Shown: positions 1 through 10,544, counted from the stretch's first letter. The stretch is 64,000 nt of DNA from Candidatus Colwellbacteria bacterium CG10_big_fil_rev_8_21_14_0_10_42_22 (GCA_002773725.1 PFAH01000007.1:19485-83484), one strand, 5' to 3'. The notes: generated by a model from the letters alone, not told the origin. A program made the numbers and translations.

Positions 1-607
1 TAAAAAGATCTGCGTTCGCATCGTCTTGATTTACAAAGAACTTCTTTTCCTTCTTTGATAGAGCACCCCTTACATATCGAAAGAATTTAAGCTTGGCGTT
101 CCGGTATCTTTCAAAACTACCGTGGGATTCTATGTGCTCTGGGTGAATATTAACGAAGGCCGCTCTGTCAAAGTCGATAAAACGATGCCTATGGCGCACT
201 ACGCCCTCGGACCCGATCTCCAAAAGCACGTACTGACAACCCTTGTTAACGGCTTCTTTTATAAAGTTTTGAGCATAAAAACGTCCCGGCTGAGTATTGC
301 CCAAAAGATTGGGTTCTGTTTTTTTATCCAGTTTGATACGCACAGAGGAAAGAAGGGCGGTTTTCTTGCCCGCCTCTTCAAGGCCTGCGTTGATAAGCTC
401 TAGGGTGGTCGTTTTACCCTTAGTGCCCGTTACTCCAACCACCCTTATCTTCCTGGACGGGAACCCATAGATTAGAGCGCCCAAAAGGGCTAGGGAGTAG
501 TGATAGGCGGACGGGGCAAATGGAATTTTATAAAGTAGTTTAAATAAAGAGTTCCTTTTTGTGGCTTCTAAAATTGCGTTGATCCTGTTCCATGAAGGGC
601 TTTTCAT
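1..607 (-). CDS. Mur ligase family protein; N-terminal part in window, C-terminus beyond position 1
   Basis: Reverse-strand translation gives a P-loop ...RKIRVVGVTGTKGKTTTLELINAGL... and a Mur-ligase-like ...NIHPEHIESHGSFERYRNAK... motif. An in-frame ATG lies at 605-607, 2 bp after the ruvA stop. It is absent from the ORF track because it runs off the window. Confidence 0.6.
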   Translation of the reverse strand, partial: MKSPSWNRINAILEATKRNSLFKLLYKIPFAPSAYHYSLALLGALIYGFPSRKIRVVGVTGTKGKTTTLELINAGLEEAGKKTALLSSVRIKLDKKTEPNLLGNTQPGRFYAQNFIKEAVNKGCQYVLLEIGSEGVVRHRHRFIDFDRAAFVNIHPEHIESHGSFERYRNAKLKFFRYVRGALSKKEKKFFVNQDDANADLF

Positions 608-611
608 AGGG

Positions 612-1226
612 CTAACCCTTAATTTTTTTAAGCGCTTCTTTAAGGCGGTCTCTAACGTCTGTTATAGAAGAGTCGATCTCTCGCAAAACCTCTTCTACTT
701 TCCTCTTTTGATATCCAAGCCCCACAAGCGCCTCATATACATCCCTGTCCGACTCGGCTAACGCGGCGAACGACCCCCCTTCTACTCCACCCATTTTGTC
801 TCTAAGCTCAACTATAATTCTTTCGGCGGTTTTCTTGCCAACTCCTGAAGAGCGCCTCAGAAAGTCCGGCTCTCCACCGGCGATAGCAGCCATCAATTTG
901 TCTGCAGATGCAACGGAAAGTATGGCCATAGCCGATTTTGGGCCCACTCCCGATACCGAAACCAGTTTCTCAAAGAGCCCTAGTTTTTGTTCTTCAAAAA
1001 ATCCGTACAAATCTATGCCTCCTTCTCTGGCGTGTAAATATGTATATATCTCTAATAGTTCACCGACTTTAGGCAACTTCTCTTGGGTTACAGGAATATA
1101 GACCTTATAGCTTACTCCGCCAACGCCAATCACTATGTGGTTTAGTCCTACATCTTTTAATTCTCCCGATAATCCATGAATCATGCTCCTGGGGTTCATT
1201 ATAGAAGTCCGGAAGCGCTTTCTCAA
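612..1226 (-). CDS. ruvA: Holliday junction DNA helicase RuvA
   Basis: MIHGLSGELKDVGLNHIVIGVGGVSYKVYIP... matches the RuvA N-terminus. The true start is probably the internal ATG near 1184 (AGGAG just upstream) rather than 1226. Confidence 0.85.
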   Translation of the reverse strand: MRKRFRTSIMNPRSMIHGLSGELKDVGLNHIVIGVGGVSYKVYIPVTQEKLPKVGELLEIYTYLHAREGGIDLYGFFEEQKLGLFEKLVSVSGVGPKSAMAILSVASADKLMAAIAGGEPDFLRRSSGVGKKTAERIIVELRDKMGGVEGGSFAALAESDRDVYEALVGLGYQKRKVEEVLREIDSSITDVRDRLKEALKKIKG

Positions 1227-1254
1227 CGGCTCTTAATTTATTAAAATAATAAAG

Positions 1255-1584
1255 ATGATAAATAAAGAATTGCTCGAAAAATTAACAAAAACCCTTAATG
1301 AGGACCGGGAGCGCATTATGGATAAGTTAGAGTCCCTGCAAGACATGGACTTTGGCGACGCGCCCGGAGATGACAACGAAGAAGCGGATGAAACAGAAGA
1401 AGCGGTTAATGAACTCGTCACGGCTCAAATCCTTGAAAGGCGCTTAATGGATATCGAAGACGCCCTTAAAAGGATTGATGGAGGCACATATGGGAAATGT
1501 ATTCGTTGCGGGGAGGATCTCTCTCAAGAAATGTTAGAAGCTAGTCCCGAATCTGGTTTGTGCAAAGCGTGTAAGACGGGTTGA
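1255..1584 (+). CDS. DksA/TraR-family C4 zinc-finger protein
   Basis: 109 aa with an acidic N-terminal coiled region and a C-terminal CxxC...CxxC (CIRCGEDL...CKACK). Confidence 0.65.
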   Translation: MINKELLEKLTKTLNEDRERIMDKLESLQDMDFGDAPGDDNEEADETEEAVNELVTAQILERRLMDIEDALKRIDGGTYGKCIRCGEDLSQEMLEASPESGLCKACKTG

Positions 1585-3113
1585 TGACAAGCTCTTCGGC
1601 TAAGATTTATTCAGCTGAACTGGAGGGTATAAACGCCAAACTGGTAGAAGTAGAGACCGACCTTAATGTCGGTCTTCATTCTTTTAATATCGTGGGGCTC
1701 GCCGACAAGGCGGTTTCTGAGGCAAAAGAAAGGGTTAGCTCTGCTATTAAAAATGCCGGTTTTAAACCACCTAATCGTGAAAACAGAAAGATCACAATCA
1801 ACTTGGCTCCTGCTGATCTGAAAAAAGCCGGCACCCAATATGATTTAGCGATTGCTGTTGGTTATCTTTGTGCCACTAAACAAATTAAATCCTTTAGTCC
1901 AGATGGATTGTTGTTTTTTGGTGAACTGGCCCTAGATGGCAGGGTTCGAAAAATACCGGGCGGGTTAAACACGGCCCTTTTGGCCAAAGAGTTGGGTAAA
2001 AAGGAACTCTATCTTCCAACAGAGAACGCCAAGGAGGCAAGTTGTGTATCGGACATTGGAGTTGTTCCCATTAATAGTTTGTCTGAATTGGTCAATCATC
2101 TTGAAGGAGTTAAAACCATTGCCCCTCACCCATATCGAGAATACGCTCCCACCAACACATCTTCCGTGAACATAGATGACGTAAAGGGTCAGGCATTTGC
2201 TAAACGCGCCTTAGTTATAGCGGCCAGTGGAGGACACAACATTTTAATGATTGGTCCACCGGGGTCAGGCAAAACAATGTTGGCCAATTCCATCGTGTCC
2301 ATATTGCCACCCATGGACTTAGATGAAGCGCTCGAGGTCTCGAGAATTTGGAGCTCTGTTGGACTTTTGAAAGGGTCTTTGGTTAATGAACGGCCTTTTA
2401 GGGCTCCCCACCAAACGGCATCTCCAGCATCTGTCATGGGAGGAGGAGCGTCTCCTCGAGCGGGTGAAATAAGTTTGGCCCACAGGGGGGTATTGTTTCT
2501 GGATGAGCTTCCGGAATTCAGAAGAGATTTATTAGAATCTCTTCGTCAACCCATAGAGTCCGGCGAAGTGGTCATATCAAGGGTTAGTAATAATATTTCT
2601 TTTCCCGCTAAATTTATGCTAGTAACAGCAATGAATCCGTGTCCCTGCGGATTTTATGAGGATGTGGAGAAAGAATGTGTTTGTAGTGCCAACGAAGTTT
2701 TTAGATATCAAAAGAGAATATCGGGGCCTCTCTTGGATAGAATTGATATTCAGATAGATGTTCCTCGTCTTAAGCTGGACGACTTAAACGCGCCCACAAA
2801 CATCGGCGAGGGAGAGAATTTACAAAAACAAGTTAACGAGGCGCGACTCATTCAAAAAGCACGTTTTGCTTGGGCTGGCATCAACGCCAAAATCAATTCA
2901 GAGATGAGCTCTCGGGAGTGTGAGGATATTATTTCTATAACAAAAGAGGGGAAAGATTTTATTAAAAGTGTTTTTGATAAATCTCTACTTTCTACGCGCA
3001 GTTATTATCGTCTTTTAAAGACGGCCCAAACTATCGCTGATTTAGAAAAGAGCGAAGTAGTTGACGCCCCTCATCTTGCAGAAGCGTTCCAATTTAGAAT
3101 TAGGGGGAAATAG
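1581..3113 (+). CDS. comM: YifB/ComM-family Mg-chelatase-like AAA+ ATPase
   Basis: Lon-like N-domain, Walker A GPPGSGKTM and the LFLDELPEF box are all characteristic of YifB/ComM. Confidence 0.85.
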   Translation: MMTSSSAKIYSAELEGINAKLVEVETDLNVGLHSFNIVGLADKAVSEAKERVSSAIKNAGFKPPNRENRKITINLAPADLKKAGTQYDLAIAVGYLCATKQIKSFSPDGLLFFGELALDGRVRKIPGGLNTALLAKELGKKELYLPTENAKEASCVSDIGVVPINSLSELVNHLEGVKTIAPHPYREYAPTNTSSVNIDDVKGQAFAKRALVIAASGGHNILMIGPPGSGKTMLANSIVSILPPMDLDEALEVSRIWSSVGLLKGSLVNERPFRAPHQTASPASVMGGGASPRAGEISLAHRGVLFLDELPEFRRDLLESLRQPIESGEVVISRVSNNISFPAKFMLVTAMNPCPCGFYEDVEKECVCSANEVFRYQKRISGPLLDRIDIQIDVPRLKLDDLNAPTNIGEGENLQKQVNEARLIQKARFAWAGINAKINSEMSSRECEDIISITKEGKDFIKSVFDKSLLSTRSYYRLLKTAQTIADLEKSEVVDAPHLAEAFQFRIRGK

Positions 3114-3116
3114 ATT

Positions 3117-3156
3117 CTTCAGGGACGACACCTGTTTGGGGGTGTCGTCCCTGAAG
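3117..3156. terminator. Bidirectional intrinsic terminator between convergent comM and hpt
   Basis: Perfect 16-bp inverted repeat cttcagggacgacacc / ggtgtcgtccctgaag with an 8-nt loop. Confidence 0.7.
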
Positions 3157-3164
3157 ACGAATGG

Positions 3165-3692
3165 TCATTGAGGCGGAATTGAACAAATGTTGGGCAATGT
3201 CCGGTGACGCTCCGCAAAGTCGAGTCCGTACCCGACCACCCAAACATCCGGAATCTCAAACCCAACATAGTCGAGCCCGTTCTCAACCCGCTTGCGCGCC
3301 GGTTTGTGCAACAACGTGCACGTCCGGAGCGAACGTGGTCCGCGCGCCTCAAAAAGACGCGTGAGATATAGCAGAGTGTGTCCGGTATCGACGATGTCCT
3401 CAACAATCAGGACATCTGCATTGGCGATGTCGTGACGTACGTCCATCACCAATTTGACCCGCCCGGCCTCGTCGCTCTCCTTATCGCCATACGAGGAAAC
3501 GGCGATGAACTCGATGCGATGAGGCACCGTCAAGGCACGAGCCAAATCGGACAAGAAGATGAACGATCCCTTCAAAACGCCCACCAAGACAAGCTCTCTC
3601 GAAGAAACGTATTGCTGGTCAATCTCGGTCGCCAAGGAGGCAACTCTCTTGGCGATTTCTTGCGCAGACAACAACTCTCTCGGTTGTTCCAT
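3165..3692 (-). CDS. hpt: Hypoxanthine-guanine phosphoribosyltransferase
   Basis: PRTase motif VLIVEDIVDTGHTL and overall HPRT-like sequence. The gene is about 57% GC against roughly 40% flanks. Confidence 0.85.
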   Translation of the reverse strand: MEQPRELLSAQEIAKRVASLATEIDQQYVSSRELVLVGVLKGSFIFLSDLARALTVPHRIEFIAVSSYGDKESDEAGRVKLVMDVRHDIANADVLIVEDIVDTGHTLLYLTRLFEARGPRSLRTCTLLHKPARKRVENGLDYVGFEIPDVWVVGYGLDFAERHRTLPNICSIPPQ

Positions 3693-3758
3693 TTCCCCTG
3701 TCTCTCTTTCGATTTTGGTGTACAGATTGCGTAAGCAAAGACGCTTAGTAGAAATAAC

Positions 3759-3777
3759 ACGCGCCCTTAGGGCGCGT
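3759..3777 (-). terminator. Hairpin, candidate terminator downstream of the M23 peptidase gene
   Basis: acgcgccc-tta-gggcgcgt forms a 9-bp GC stem. Confidence 0.35.
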
Positions 3778-3908
3778 CAATCAAAAGCATTAAGGGTGTC
3801 TTTAAAAACCTTTACCGAATAAACAAAAGTTCTGATAACTCTATGTCAAAAAATATATATGCTAAAACGATTGTAAAAATAGTTGTGTTTAAGATTTTTT
3901 TAATCATC

Positions 3909-4742
3909 TTATCTGGCAAATGGATTAGACATCCCCGAAACCCCAAAGTGAACATGACATCCGGTTGAACCATGTGTCATGCCCGTATTGCCAACACGAG
4001 CAATTTGTTCACCTTGCTCCACCCCGTCTCCAACCTCAACTAAGTTTTCTGAGTTGTGAGAATAAAGCGTTCTGGAACCATTGGCATGGCTTATTAATAT
4101 ATACCCCCCATATCCTTGGTTATATAAATCAACGCTTCCTACTCTCAAAACCTTACCGGAAGCAGCGGCATAAATCGGCGATCCACACGCCTTTCCAATG
4201 TCAACAGCCGGCATGTAGCTAGTGTCGTGAAGTTGTCCCCAGTTCCAGCCACCATCTACTGGCCTTATAAAGTATCCGTCATTAGCGGGTGGCGTTTCGG
4301 ATTCTGTGCTTTTGACCACAGATCCGGAAGTTGATACGGGCAAAATAACTAACTCTTCGCCAGGTTTTATTAAGCTCGTGCCTTTGTCATTAGCTGATTT
4401 AATATTGTTAACAGACAAGCCAAAGGCAGAGGCAATACTTGAGAGGGTGTCACCGTCTTTGACAACATATGTTAATAATTCGTCCGAGCGGGCCTCGTAT
4501 TCGCCAAATGGGTTATCTTCCCCCGAGAGAGACCCTCTTTCGACTAATACGAATCCGCCAAAATCCTCGTAGGCTCCTTCGTGGTCTATCTCTGTTGTTG
4601 GTCCTGCATCGCCAAGAAATGCCCCTCCGTACGCCTGTCCAATCAAATCGTTTGCTATAAATTCGGGGTCTGGAAGAGGCGCTTGGTTTGCCAACCTAAA
4701 AAAGGCCAGATCGGCCATTATTATTCCCAAAACTATTATCAC
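3909..4742 (-). CDS. LysM-domain M23-family peptidase
   Basis: N-terminal TM segment, a LysM motif (DTLSSIASAFGLSVNNIKSAN) and a C-terminal M23 motif (HVHFGV). Confidence 0.8.
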   Translation of the reverse strand: MIIVLGIIMADLAFFRLANQAPLPDPEFIANDLIGQAYGGAFLGDAGPTTEIDHEGAYEDFGGFVLVERGSLSGEDNPFGEYEARSDELLTYVVKDGDTLSSIASAFGLSVNNIKSANDKGTSLIKPGEELVILPVSTSGSVVKSTESETPPANDGYFIRPVDGGWNWGQLHDTSYMPAVDIGKACGSPIYAAASGKVLRVGSVDLYNQGYGGYILISHANGSRTLYSHNSENLVEVGDGVEQGEQIARVGNTGMTHGSTGCHVHFGVSGMSNPFAR

Positions 4743-4854
4743 CGGCAGGGTTATCCCTTTAAACCGGCGAGGAAGCTTTTGTGGTATTCTACGAATAACA
4801 GCTATATATTAAGCTGAAATCCGTAAAAATCAAGACGAGTATTCCGCGCAAACC

Positions 4855-6588
4855 ATGAACCTAAGCGATAGTCAAATTGAAGCCGTCTCTTATGGCGAGG
4901 GGCCTCTTTTGGTAACGGCTGGAGCGGGCTCGGGCAAAACTCGCACCCTCACCCAAAGGGTCATCCAACTTATAAACTCCGGCGTAAAGCCGGAACGTAT
5001 TGTTGCCATAACCTTTACAAACAAAGCGGCCGGCGAGATGCGCGAGCGTATCTTGGAAGAAACCCACGCACATCAAAAAACACCTTTTATAGGAACATTT
5101 CACGCTTTCAGTTCTCATATTTTAAGAAAAGAGGCGCATCTGGTGGGTAGGTCTCCAAATTACGTCATATTTGACGACGCCGACTCTCTGCGAGTAATCA
5201 AAAAAATATTAAAGTCCTTTGATTTGGGAGAAGCCAAACTAAAATCCGCGCCCCTTTTTAAACACAAAATTTCCGAAGTTAAAACAGAGCTTAAGGATTC
5301 CCTCTCCCTGACGGAGATAGAAAGAGAGGTATTTCTGGAATATGAAAAAGCGCTAAAGGATCAAAACGCATTTGATTTTGATGATCTGTTGGAAAAAACT
5401 GTTCGTTTATTTCTTGAAAATCTGACAGTTTTACAAAAACATCGCAATCGTTTTGACCATGTATTGGTGGATGAGTATCAGGATATTAATAGGGTCCAAT
5501 ACGAACTAATTAAGCTTTTGGCGGGTGAACATAAAAACCTAAGCGTGGTCGGGGACGACCAGCAGTCAATCTATGCTTTCCGAGGAGCAAACATTAAAAC
5601 CTTTCTGGATTTTGAGCGCGACTGGCCCAAAGCCAAGATAGTTCATTTGGGCGAGAACTACCGTTCATCAGGAAATATCGTTCGCGCCGCCGCCGGCGTC
5701 ATAAAAAATAATCGTTTTCAAATCAAAAAAGAGCTTTGGACCCAAAACCCAGAGGGGGCGCTCGTGCAAGTGTTTGGTGCCCAGACGCCCGACGATGAGG
5801 CAAACAATATTGCGGAACGCATTTTGGCAAACGGCCTTAGAGAATCCGCTATTCTTTATCGCACCAATGCTCAATCACGAGCCCTAGAACAAGCCCTCAA
5901 TTTTCATTCCATACCCTACGAGGTTTATGGGGGAGTTAAGTTTTATGAAAGAAAAGAAATTAAAGATATCTTAGCACCCCTACGCTACGCTCTTAACCCT
6001 AAAGATATTGTTAGCAAGGAAAGGATTGAAAAGACGTTCCTCAAAGCGGTACGCGAAAAACTTATACAAGACCTTCCTGTGTTGGGTAGGGAATTAAATT
6101 TGATGGAGCTGGTGGGGTATGTGCTCAAAACAACTTCGTATTTCGAATATCTTGTTCGCAAATACGAAAACGCCGAAGATAGGACAGAAAACGTACGCGA
6201 GTTAGTTAGTTTTGCTTCGGAGTTTAAGACCCTCTCCGAGTTTATAGAGCGCGTTTCTTTACTACAGGCCAACGATAAACTTGATAAAACATCTCGAGAT
6301 GCGCCTATCAAGATGATGACTATCCATCTGGCCAAAGGGCTTGAGTTTGACGACATATATATTGCCGGTGCCAACGAGGGCTTCTTGCCCCACCATCGTT
6401 CGTATTTCTCGGAAGAAGAACTAGAAGAGGAACGTCGTCTAATGTATGTGGCTATGACGAGGGCCAAAAAGGTGCTCTATATTTTTTTCTACGGATTAGC
6501 GTCTCGCTTTCTATACGAAATTCCACCCGAGCTGGTGAAGTTCAAAACGGCCGATTCTCTAGAGGAAGAAGAAATATATCTTGATTAA
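4855..6588 (+). CDS. UvrD/PcrA-family ATP-dependent DNA helicase
   Basis: Walker A GAGSGKT, plus VDEYQD and a UvrD-like C-terminus. At 577 aa it is shorter than canonical UvrD. Confidence 0.8.
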   Translation: MNLSDSQIEAVSYGEGPLLVTAGAGSGKTRTLTQRVIQLINSGVKPERIVAITFTNKAAGEMRERILEETHAHQKTPFIGTFHAFSSHILRKEAHLVGRSPNYVIFDDADSLRVIKKILKSFDLGEAKLKSAPLFKHKISEVKTELKDSLSLTEIEREVFLEYEKALKDQNAFDFDDLLEKTVRLFLENLTVLQKHRNRFDHVLVDEYQDINRVQYELIKLLAGEHKNLSVVGDDQQSIYAFRGANIKTFLDFERDWPKAKIVHLGENYRSSGNIVRAAAGVIKNNRFQIKKELWTQNPEGALVQVFGAQTPDDEANNIAERILANGLRESAILYRTNAQSRALEQALNFHSIPYEVYGGVKFYERKEIKDILAPLRYALNPKDIVSKERIEKTFLKAVREKLIQDLPVLGRELNLMELVGYVLKTTSYFEYLVRKYENAEDRTENVRELVSFASEFKTLSEFIERVSLLQANDKLDKTSRDAPIKMMTIHLAKGLEFDDIYIAGANEGFLPHHRSYFSEEELEEERRLMYVAMTRAKKVLYIFFYGLASRFLYEIPPELVKFKTADSLEEEEIYLD

Positions 6589-7363
6589 GTATCGTCAAAA
6601 TTTGGGTCAAAATTTTTTAAAAGACGCCCGCGCTTTGGACAGAATTGTTTCCGTTTTAGAGATTGGCTCGAAAGATGTTGTGGTGGAAATTGGTCCGGGA
6701 CATGGAGAGCTCACTAGGCGCATCCTTGCTCAAGGCCCCAAGAAACTAGTCGCTATAGAAAAAGATGGGGCTCTTATAGACCATTTTTTAAAAGAATTTT
6801 TAAAGAATCATGCAAACCTAGAAGTTGTTGAAGGCGACGCCCTTAAAGAGTTGCCCAAAGTCGTTGAGGGACTAGGGGGCGAGCCCTATAAGCTGATTGG
6901 CAACATCCCTTATTACATCACGGGTCACCTCCTTCGCACATTGGGAGAATTGGAACACAAACCATCCATAATAACCCTAACGATCCAAAAGGAGGTCGCC
7001 CTACGGCTTTGTGCTACGCCTCCTAAAATGAACTTGCTCTCGGCTAGTGTGGGTATATGGGGTAATGGGAAGATCATTCGTTACATATCTAGAAAATCGT
7101 TTAAGCCATCTCCCAAGGTGGACTCTGCTATTTTGAAAATTGTCCCCAGAAAGGAGCTGGTTGACCCCAACTATTACAAATTCATTAAAGCCCTTTTTGG
7201 AAGTCCCAGAAAAACCGTTTTGAATAACCTTAAGGCGTTGAATCTGCCTAAAGAAGAGTTGGAAAAAATTCTATTTTCTATTGTCTTAAACCCAAAAGCC
7301 CGACCCCAAGATTTAACAATTAAGGAAATTAAGCGACTTTTTATTCTATTCACACACAACTAG
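6581..7363 (+). CDS. rsmA: 16S rRNA (adenine1518/1519-N6)-dimethyltransferase
   Basis: QNFLKD...EIGPGHGELT are KsgA/RsmA signatures. Confidence 0.85.
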   Translation: MIKYRQNLGQNFLKDARALDRIVSVLEIGSKDVVVEIGPGHGELTRRILAQGPKKLVAIEKDGALIDHFLKEFLKNHANLEVVEGDALKELPKVVEGLGGEPYKLIGNIPYYITGHLLRTLGELEHKPSIITLTIQKEVALRLCATPPKMNLLSASVGIWGNGKIIRYISRKSFKPSPKVDSAILKIVPRKELVDPNYYKFIKALFGSPRKTVLNNLKALNLPKEELEKILFSIVLNPKARPQDLTIKEIKRLFILFTHN

Positions 7364-7402
7364 GTCCAAAGAGCTGTATAATTAATGTAAATATCCCATT
7401 TA

Positions 7403-9682
7403 ATGAGGGAGTTTAGAAAACATATCTTAAAGGCATTATCAACGCTGGTTGTTTTGCTTGTTGTTGGTGTCAATGTTGAGCACGCGTTAGCTAAAACGTG
7501 GTGGAACCCCCTTGATTGGCCAAGTCTAATAGGGGGCAAGTTGAGTCAAATGGCGGCTGATATTGCAGAGGGTATTGCGCGGCTTATATCTGGGGTGCTA
7601 GATATAGTCGCTGGAATTTTTTATCAACTAGCGAGTATAGCGGTTGAAACCTCTGTTCAAACAAACCAGCTACTTCCCAGAAGCGAGATTATAAAAGAGG
7701 GCTTAGACATCACGTTGACCATAACTAATATGGGCTTAATCGTTGGGGTGATTGTCTATGCTTTTGCGGTTATCACTAAAGCCGATTGGATTGTTGATGT
7801 TAAAAAACAGGCGCCCAAATTCATCGCAACCCTGATACTTATCCAATTTAGTTATTTCATAACCATGCACCTCATCGTGGTTCCCTCGAACGGACTAACG
7901 GACCTTATGCACCAAGCCACCAACTATACGCCCGAAAGTTTTAGAGGAACCTTTAATCCTAATATAGATATAAATCCTGCTGTTCAACAACAGGTTGCTA
8001 TGGCAAAAATAGCGGGGGGCAACAGTGACATTACTGTGCCTGATATAGAAAACTACTTTCTGTTTAGAGAAGAGGGAATGACGGCTATAAAGGAATCTTT
8101 GGATGCATACAATAATGACGGTCTTATGGAGGGCACGGTGGTTACTGAAGCCCAAAAGCAAGCTGTGGCTAGGTCCTTTATTGACGCAAGCCTGTCTTTC
8201 GGAGGTATCTTTGAAAAAATCCTTGGAAGTGATGGTGATGCAGCTACTTATATATTCACAAGGGCACCCGATTGGTTAGTCGATAGTTTTAAAGACAAGG
8301 TTGATGAGACCTTAGGGGCAAGCGGAGCGCCGTATAAAGACCTAAATGGAGACATATTTGAAACGTCCAGCACCAAGGCCATCTTTGTAGGAAACGTTTT
8401 GGCTCCTGCTTTTGTTGAAAAAGTAAACGAGCGCTTTAGTGGGTGCGTAGATGTGTCTGGAGAAGATTATTTAGGGGCGTTTATCAACTATCTGAACGAG
8501 GGTCCGTGCGACCAGCTTATGGAAGTATATGTGGCAATAAACCAAGAGCTTCCCCCTCTCGATCGGATAACGATTGCTTTTGCGGAGGTTCTCTTTAAAA
8601 CAATTTTTGTGTTTCTGGGTGTAATATCCTTGTTAGCCATAGCAGCCCTTCTTTATGTCAGATATGTGGCTATTAGTATTTTAATTATCGTCTTTCCGTT
8701 CGTTTGGATTGCTTGGATATTTCCTAAGATTTCTTCTTTTGGTGGCGGGAGTTTGTGGAGTAAGTGGTGGACCGAATTTGTTCGTTGGGTAATCTTTGGG
8801 CCCGTTATGATGTTCTTCCTATTCCTGGCAGTTAAATTAGCTACCACCGTTGATACACCGCTATACTCGCCTTCTGCAGAAGATTTGGCTGGATTTGCCG
8901 GCAAAAGCTCTTTGGCTATAACAGGAGCGGCGGTGGGACAACTTTTGGTGGTACTTGGTTTTCTCATCGGAGGATTGTTTGCGGCCAACAAAATGGGCGT
9001 TAAGGGCTCGCAGATGTTCTATAACGCCGCCCAACAGGGGGCAAAACAAATAGCCACTAGGGGCTCTATGGCGATGGCGCGTTTGACGGCCGGCACTACC
9101 ACTAGGGTTGTTGGGCTCGGGGTGAGAACGGCTGGTCTTGCCGCAGACCCCTTAATACGTGCTGGTGGTCGTGGGGTTGCGGGGGCCGCAGCGAGAAGAT
9201 ACCAACAAGGAGGGGGTGGTGTACTAAACACCTTAATGTATCGCGGAGGACTTCGCGCATCTAGCACCAGGCCCGTAAGCGCTGTCGGCAGAAGTCTCGA
9301 AAGGTTAGGTCGGGCTAGAGGATTAGAACAAAGACAACACTTTGTCGTGGGTCAAAATGGTCAACGCATGAATAATTGGAACGTGAGAGTGGACGCCAAT
9401 GGAAACAGAACAATCAGAGAAAGAGTTGGCAACCAGTGGTTAGACAGAACAGATCAAGATTTACAAAACGCAGGGGGTAGAATTTCCAGCCAAAGACGCC
9501 TTAGGGTTTCTCCTCATATTGGCCAAAGGTTACAAAATATATATCGCGACCCGGCTCATGTAGATAGGGCCGCTCAAGAAGTAGCCGATTCCTGGCGAAG
9601 CCCGTTTAATGTATTTGGCGAGGCCTGGCGAGGAGGAGCAGGTGGTGTTATGCGTGGCTTTGGAATAAATAGAAGAAGATAA
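7403..9682 (+). CDS. Large polytopic membrane protein, VirB6/TrbL-like T4SS component (inferred)
   Basis: Signal peptide, many TM helices and a Gly/Arg-rich tail. It lies upstream of the PrgI-like and VirB4 genes. Confidence 0.45.
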   Translation: MREFRKHILKALSTLVVLLVVGVNVEHALAKTWWNPLDWPSLIGGKLSQMAADIAEGIARLISGVLDIVAGIFYQLASIAVETSVQTNQLLPRSEIIKEGLDITLTITNMGLIVGVIVYAFAVITKADWIVDVKKQAPKFIATLILIQFSYFITMHLIVVPSNGLTDLMHQATNYTPESFRGTFNPNIDINPAVQQQVAMAKIAGGNSDITVPDIENYFLFREEGMTAIKESLDAYNNDGLMEGTVVTEAQKQAVARSFIDASLSFGGIFEKILGSDGDAATYIFTRAPDWLVDSFKDKVDETLGASGAPYKDLNGDIFETSSTKAIFVGNVLAPAFVEKVNERFSGCVDVSGEDYLGAFINYLNEGPCDQLMEVYVAINQELPPLDRITIAFAEVLFKTIFVFLGVISLLAIAALLYVRYVAISILIIVFPFVWIAWIFPKISSFGGGSLWSKWWTEFVRWVIFGPVMMFFLFLAVKLATTVDTPLYSPSAEDLAGFAGKSSLAITGAAVGQLLVVLGFLIGGLFAANKMGVKGSQMFYNAAQQGAKQIATRGSMAMARLTAGTTTRVVGLGVRTAGLAADPLIRAGGRGVAGAAARRYQQGGGGVLNTLMYRGGLRASSTRPVSAVGRSLERLGRARGLEQRQHFVVGQNGQRMNNWNVRVDANGNRTIRERVGNQWLDRTDQDLQNAGGRISSQRRLRVSPHIGQRLQNIYRDPAHVDRAAQEVADSWRSPFNVFGEAWRGGAGGVMRGFGINRRR

Positions 9683-9683
9683 A

Positions 9684-10544
9684 ATGTATCAAGATTTAAC
9701 ACAAAAACAAATTGAAGAAAGGATGCACCTAGTTTCGGATGGGCTTTGGGCGGTGGCTATATCAGAAGACCTCGCCGAAGAGATAGATAGAATATCAAAA
9801 GAAGCGCCCCTAACAGATGATCAAAAAATTGCCTTAGCCAGAATCATCGGTCTTGTTTTTTTAGGATTCGTAAACAGAGCTGAATTTAGGGGTGCTGTTC
9901 TTAATGAGTTGAAAGAATTGGGAGCGGATGAGGAGTTAGTCGAAGAAGTCGGGGATATTATAGAAGAGGGGGTGTTTGATCCAATCGGCAAAGAACTTGA
10001 TGAGTTTTATAAATCTATGAATCCCGACAACAAAAACGAGGGTGGCGTCGCACCTATTCCTGAAAAAGGCGTACCGCTAGTAAGACCAAAGCCCGCTCAA
10101 GAAAAGATGCAAACAGGAGCCCCAACCCCCGAACTACAGATATCCCCTGCCCCGCCCGCACAAACGCCCCCTCCGCCGGCCACGCCATTTGTAATTCATG
10201 AGCGCGAAGAGCCCGAAGCTGTTGTTGAGGGGTCCGGCTATGTTGGGGACCTTGTGCGACCATCTTTTTATTCGGACACAGAAAAAAGTAGTGAATATAC
10301 AGAACAAACTCCCGCCGCTCGACTCGAACTAGGAAACGAGGACCCTGGGACTCAGGTCGAGCCGACCACTGCCAAAGTTGGTAAAGAAAATGCACGCGTC
10401 GTACACTACAGCGCACCCGAAGCTCCGGCCGATCCGTTCGCCCAAACCCCTATGTTAAAACCCAACTCTTCGCCCACGTCCGAAATTCCAAAGAAGCAAG
10501 TTCCAAAAAACAATGTGGTTAATCTTAAAGATTTGCCTCAATGA
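9684..10544 (+). CDS. Hypothetical Pro-rich protein in the T4SS-like locus
   Basis: ORF translationally coupled to its neighbours. No recognisable domain. Confidence 0.5.
   Translation: MYQDLTQKQIEERMHLVSDGLWAVAISEDLAEEIDRISKEAPLTDDQKIALARIIGLVFLGFVNRAEFRGAVLNELKELGADEELVEEVGDIIEEGVFDPIGKELDEFYKSMNPDNKNEGGVAPIPEKGVPLVRPKPAQEKMQTGAPTPELQISPAPPAQTPPPPATPFVIHEREEPEAVVEGSGYVGDLVRPSFYSDTEKSSEYTEQTPAARLELGNEDPGTQVEPTTAKVGKENARVVHYSAPEAPADPFAQTPMLKPNSSPTSEIPKKQVPKNNVVNLKDLPQ

Noticed and set aside
122-403. 93-aa plus-strand ORF at the window start
   Set aside because: Antisense to the well-supported partial Mur-ligase gene (P-loop GTKGKTTT) on the minus strand.
561-1101. Plus-strand ORFs 561..761 and 796..1101
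   Set aside because: Antisense to ruvA, which has strong similarity support.
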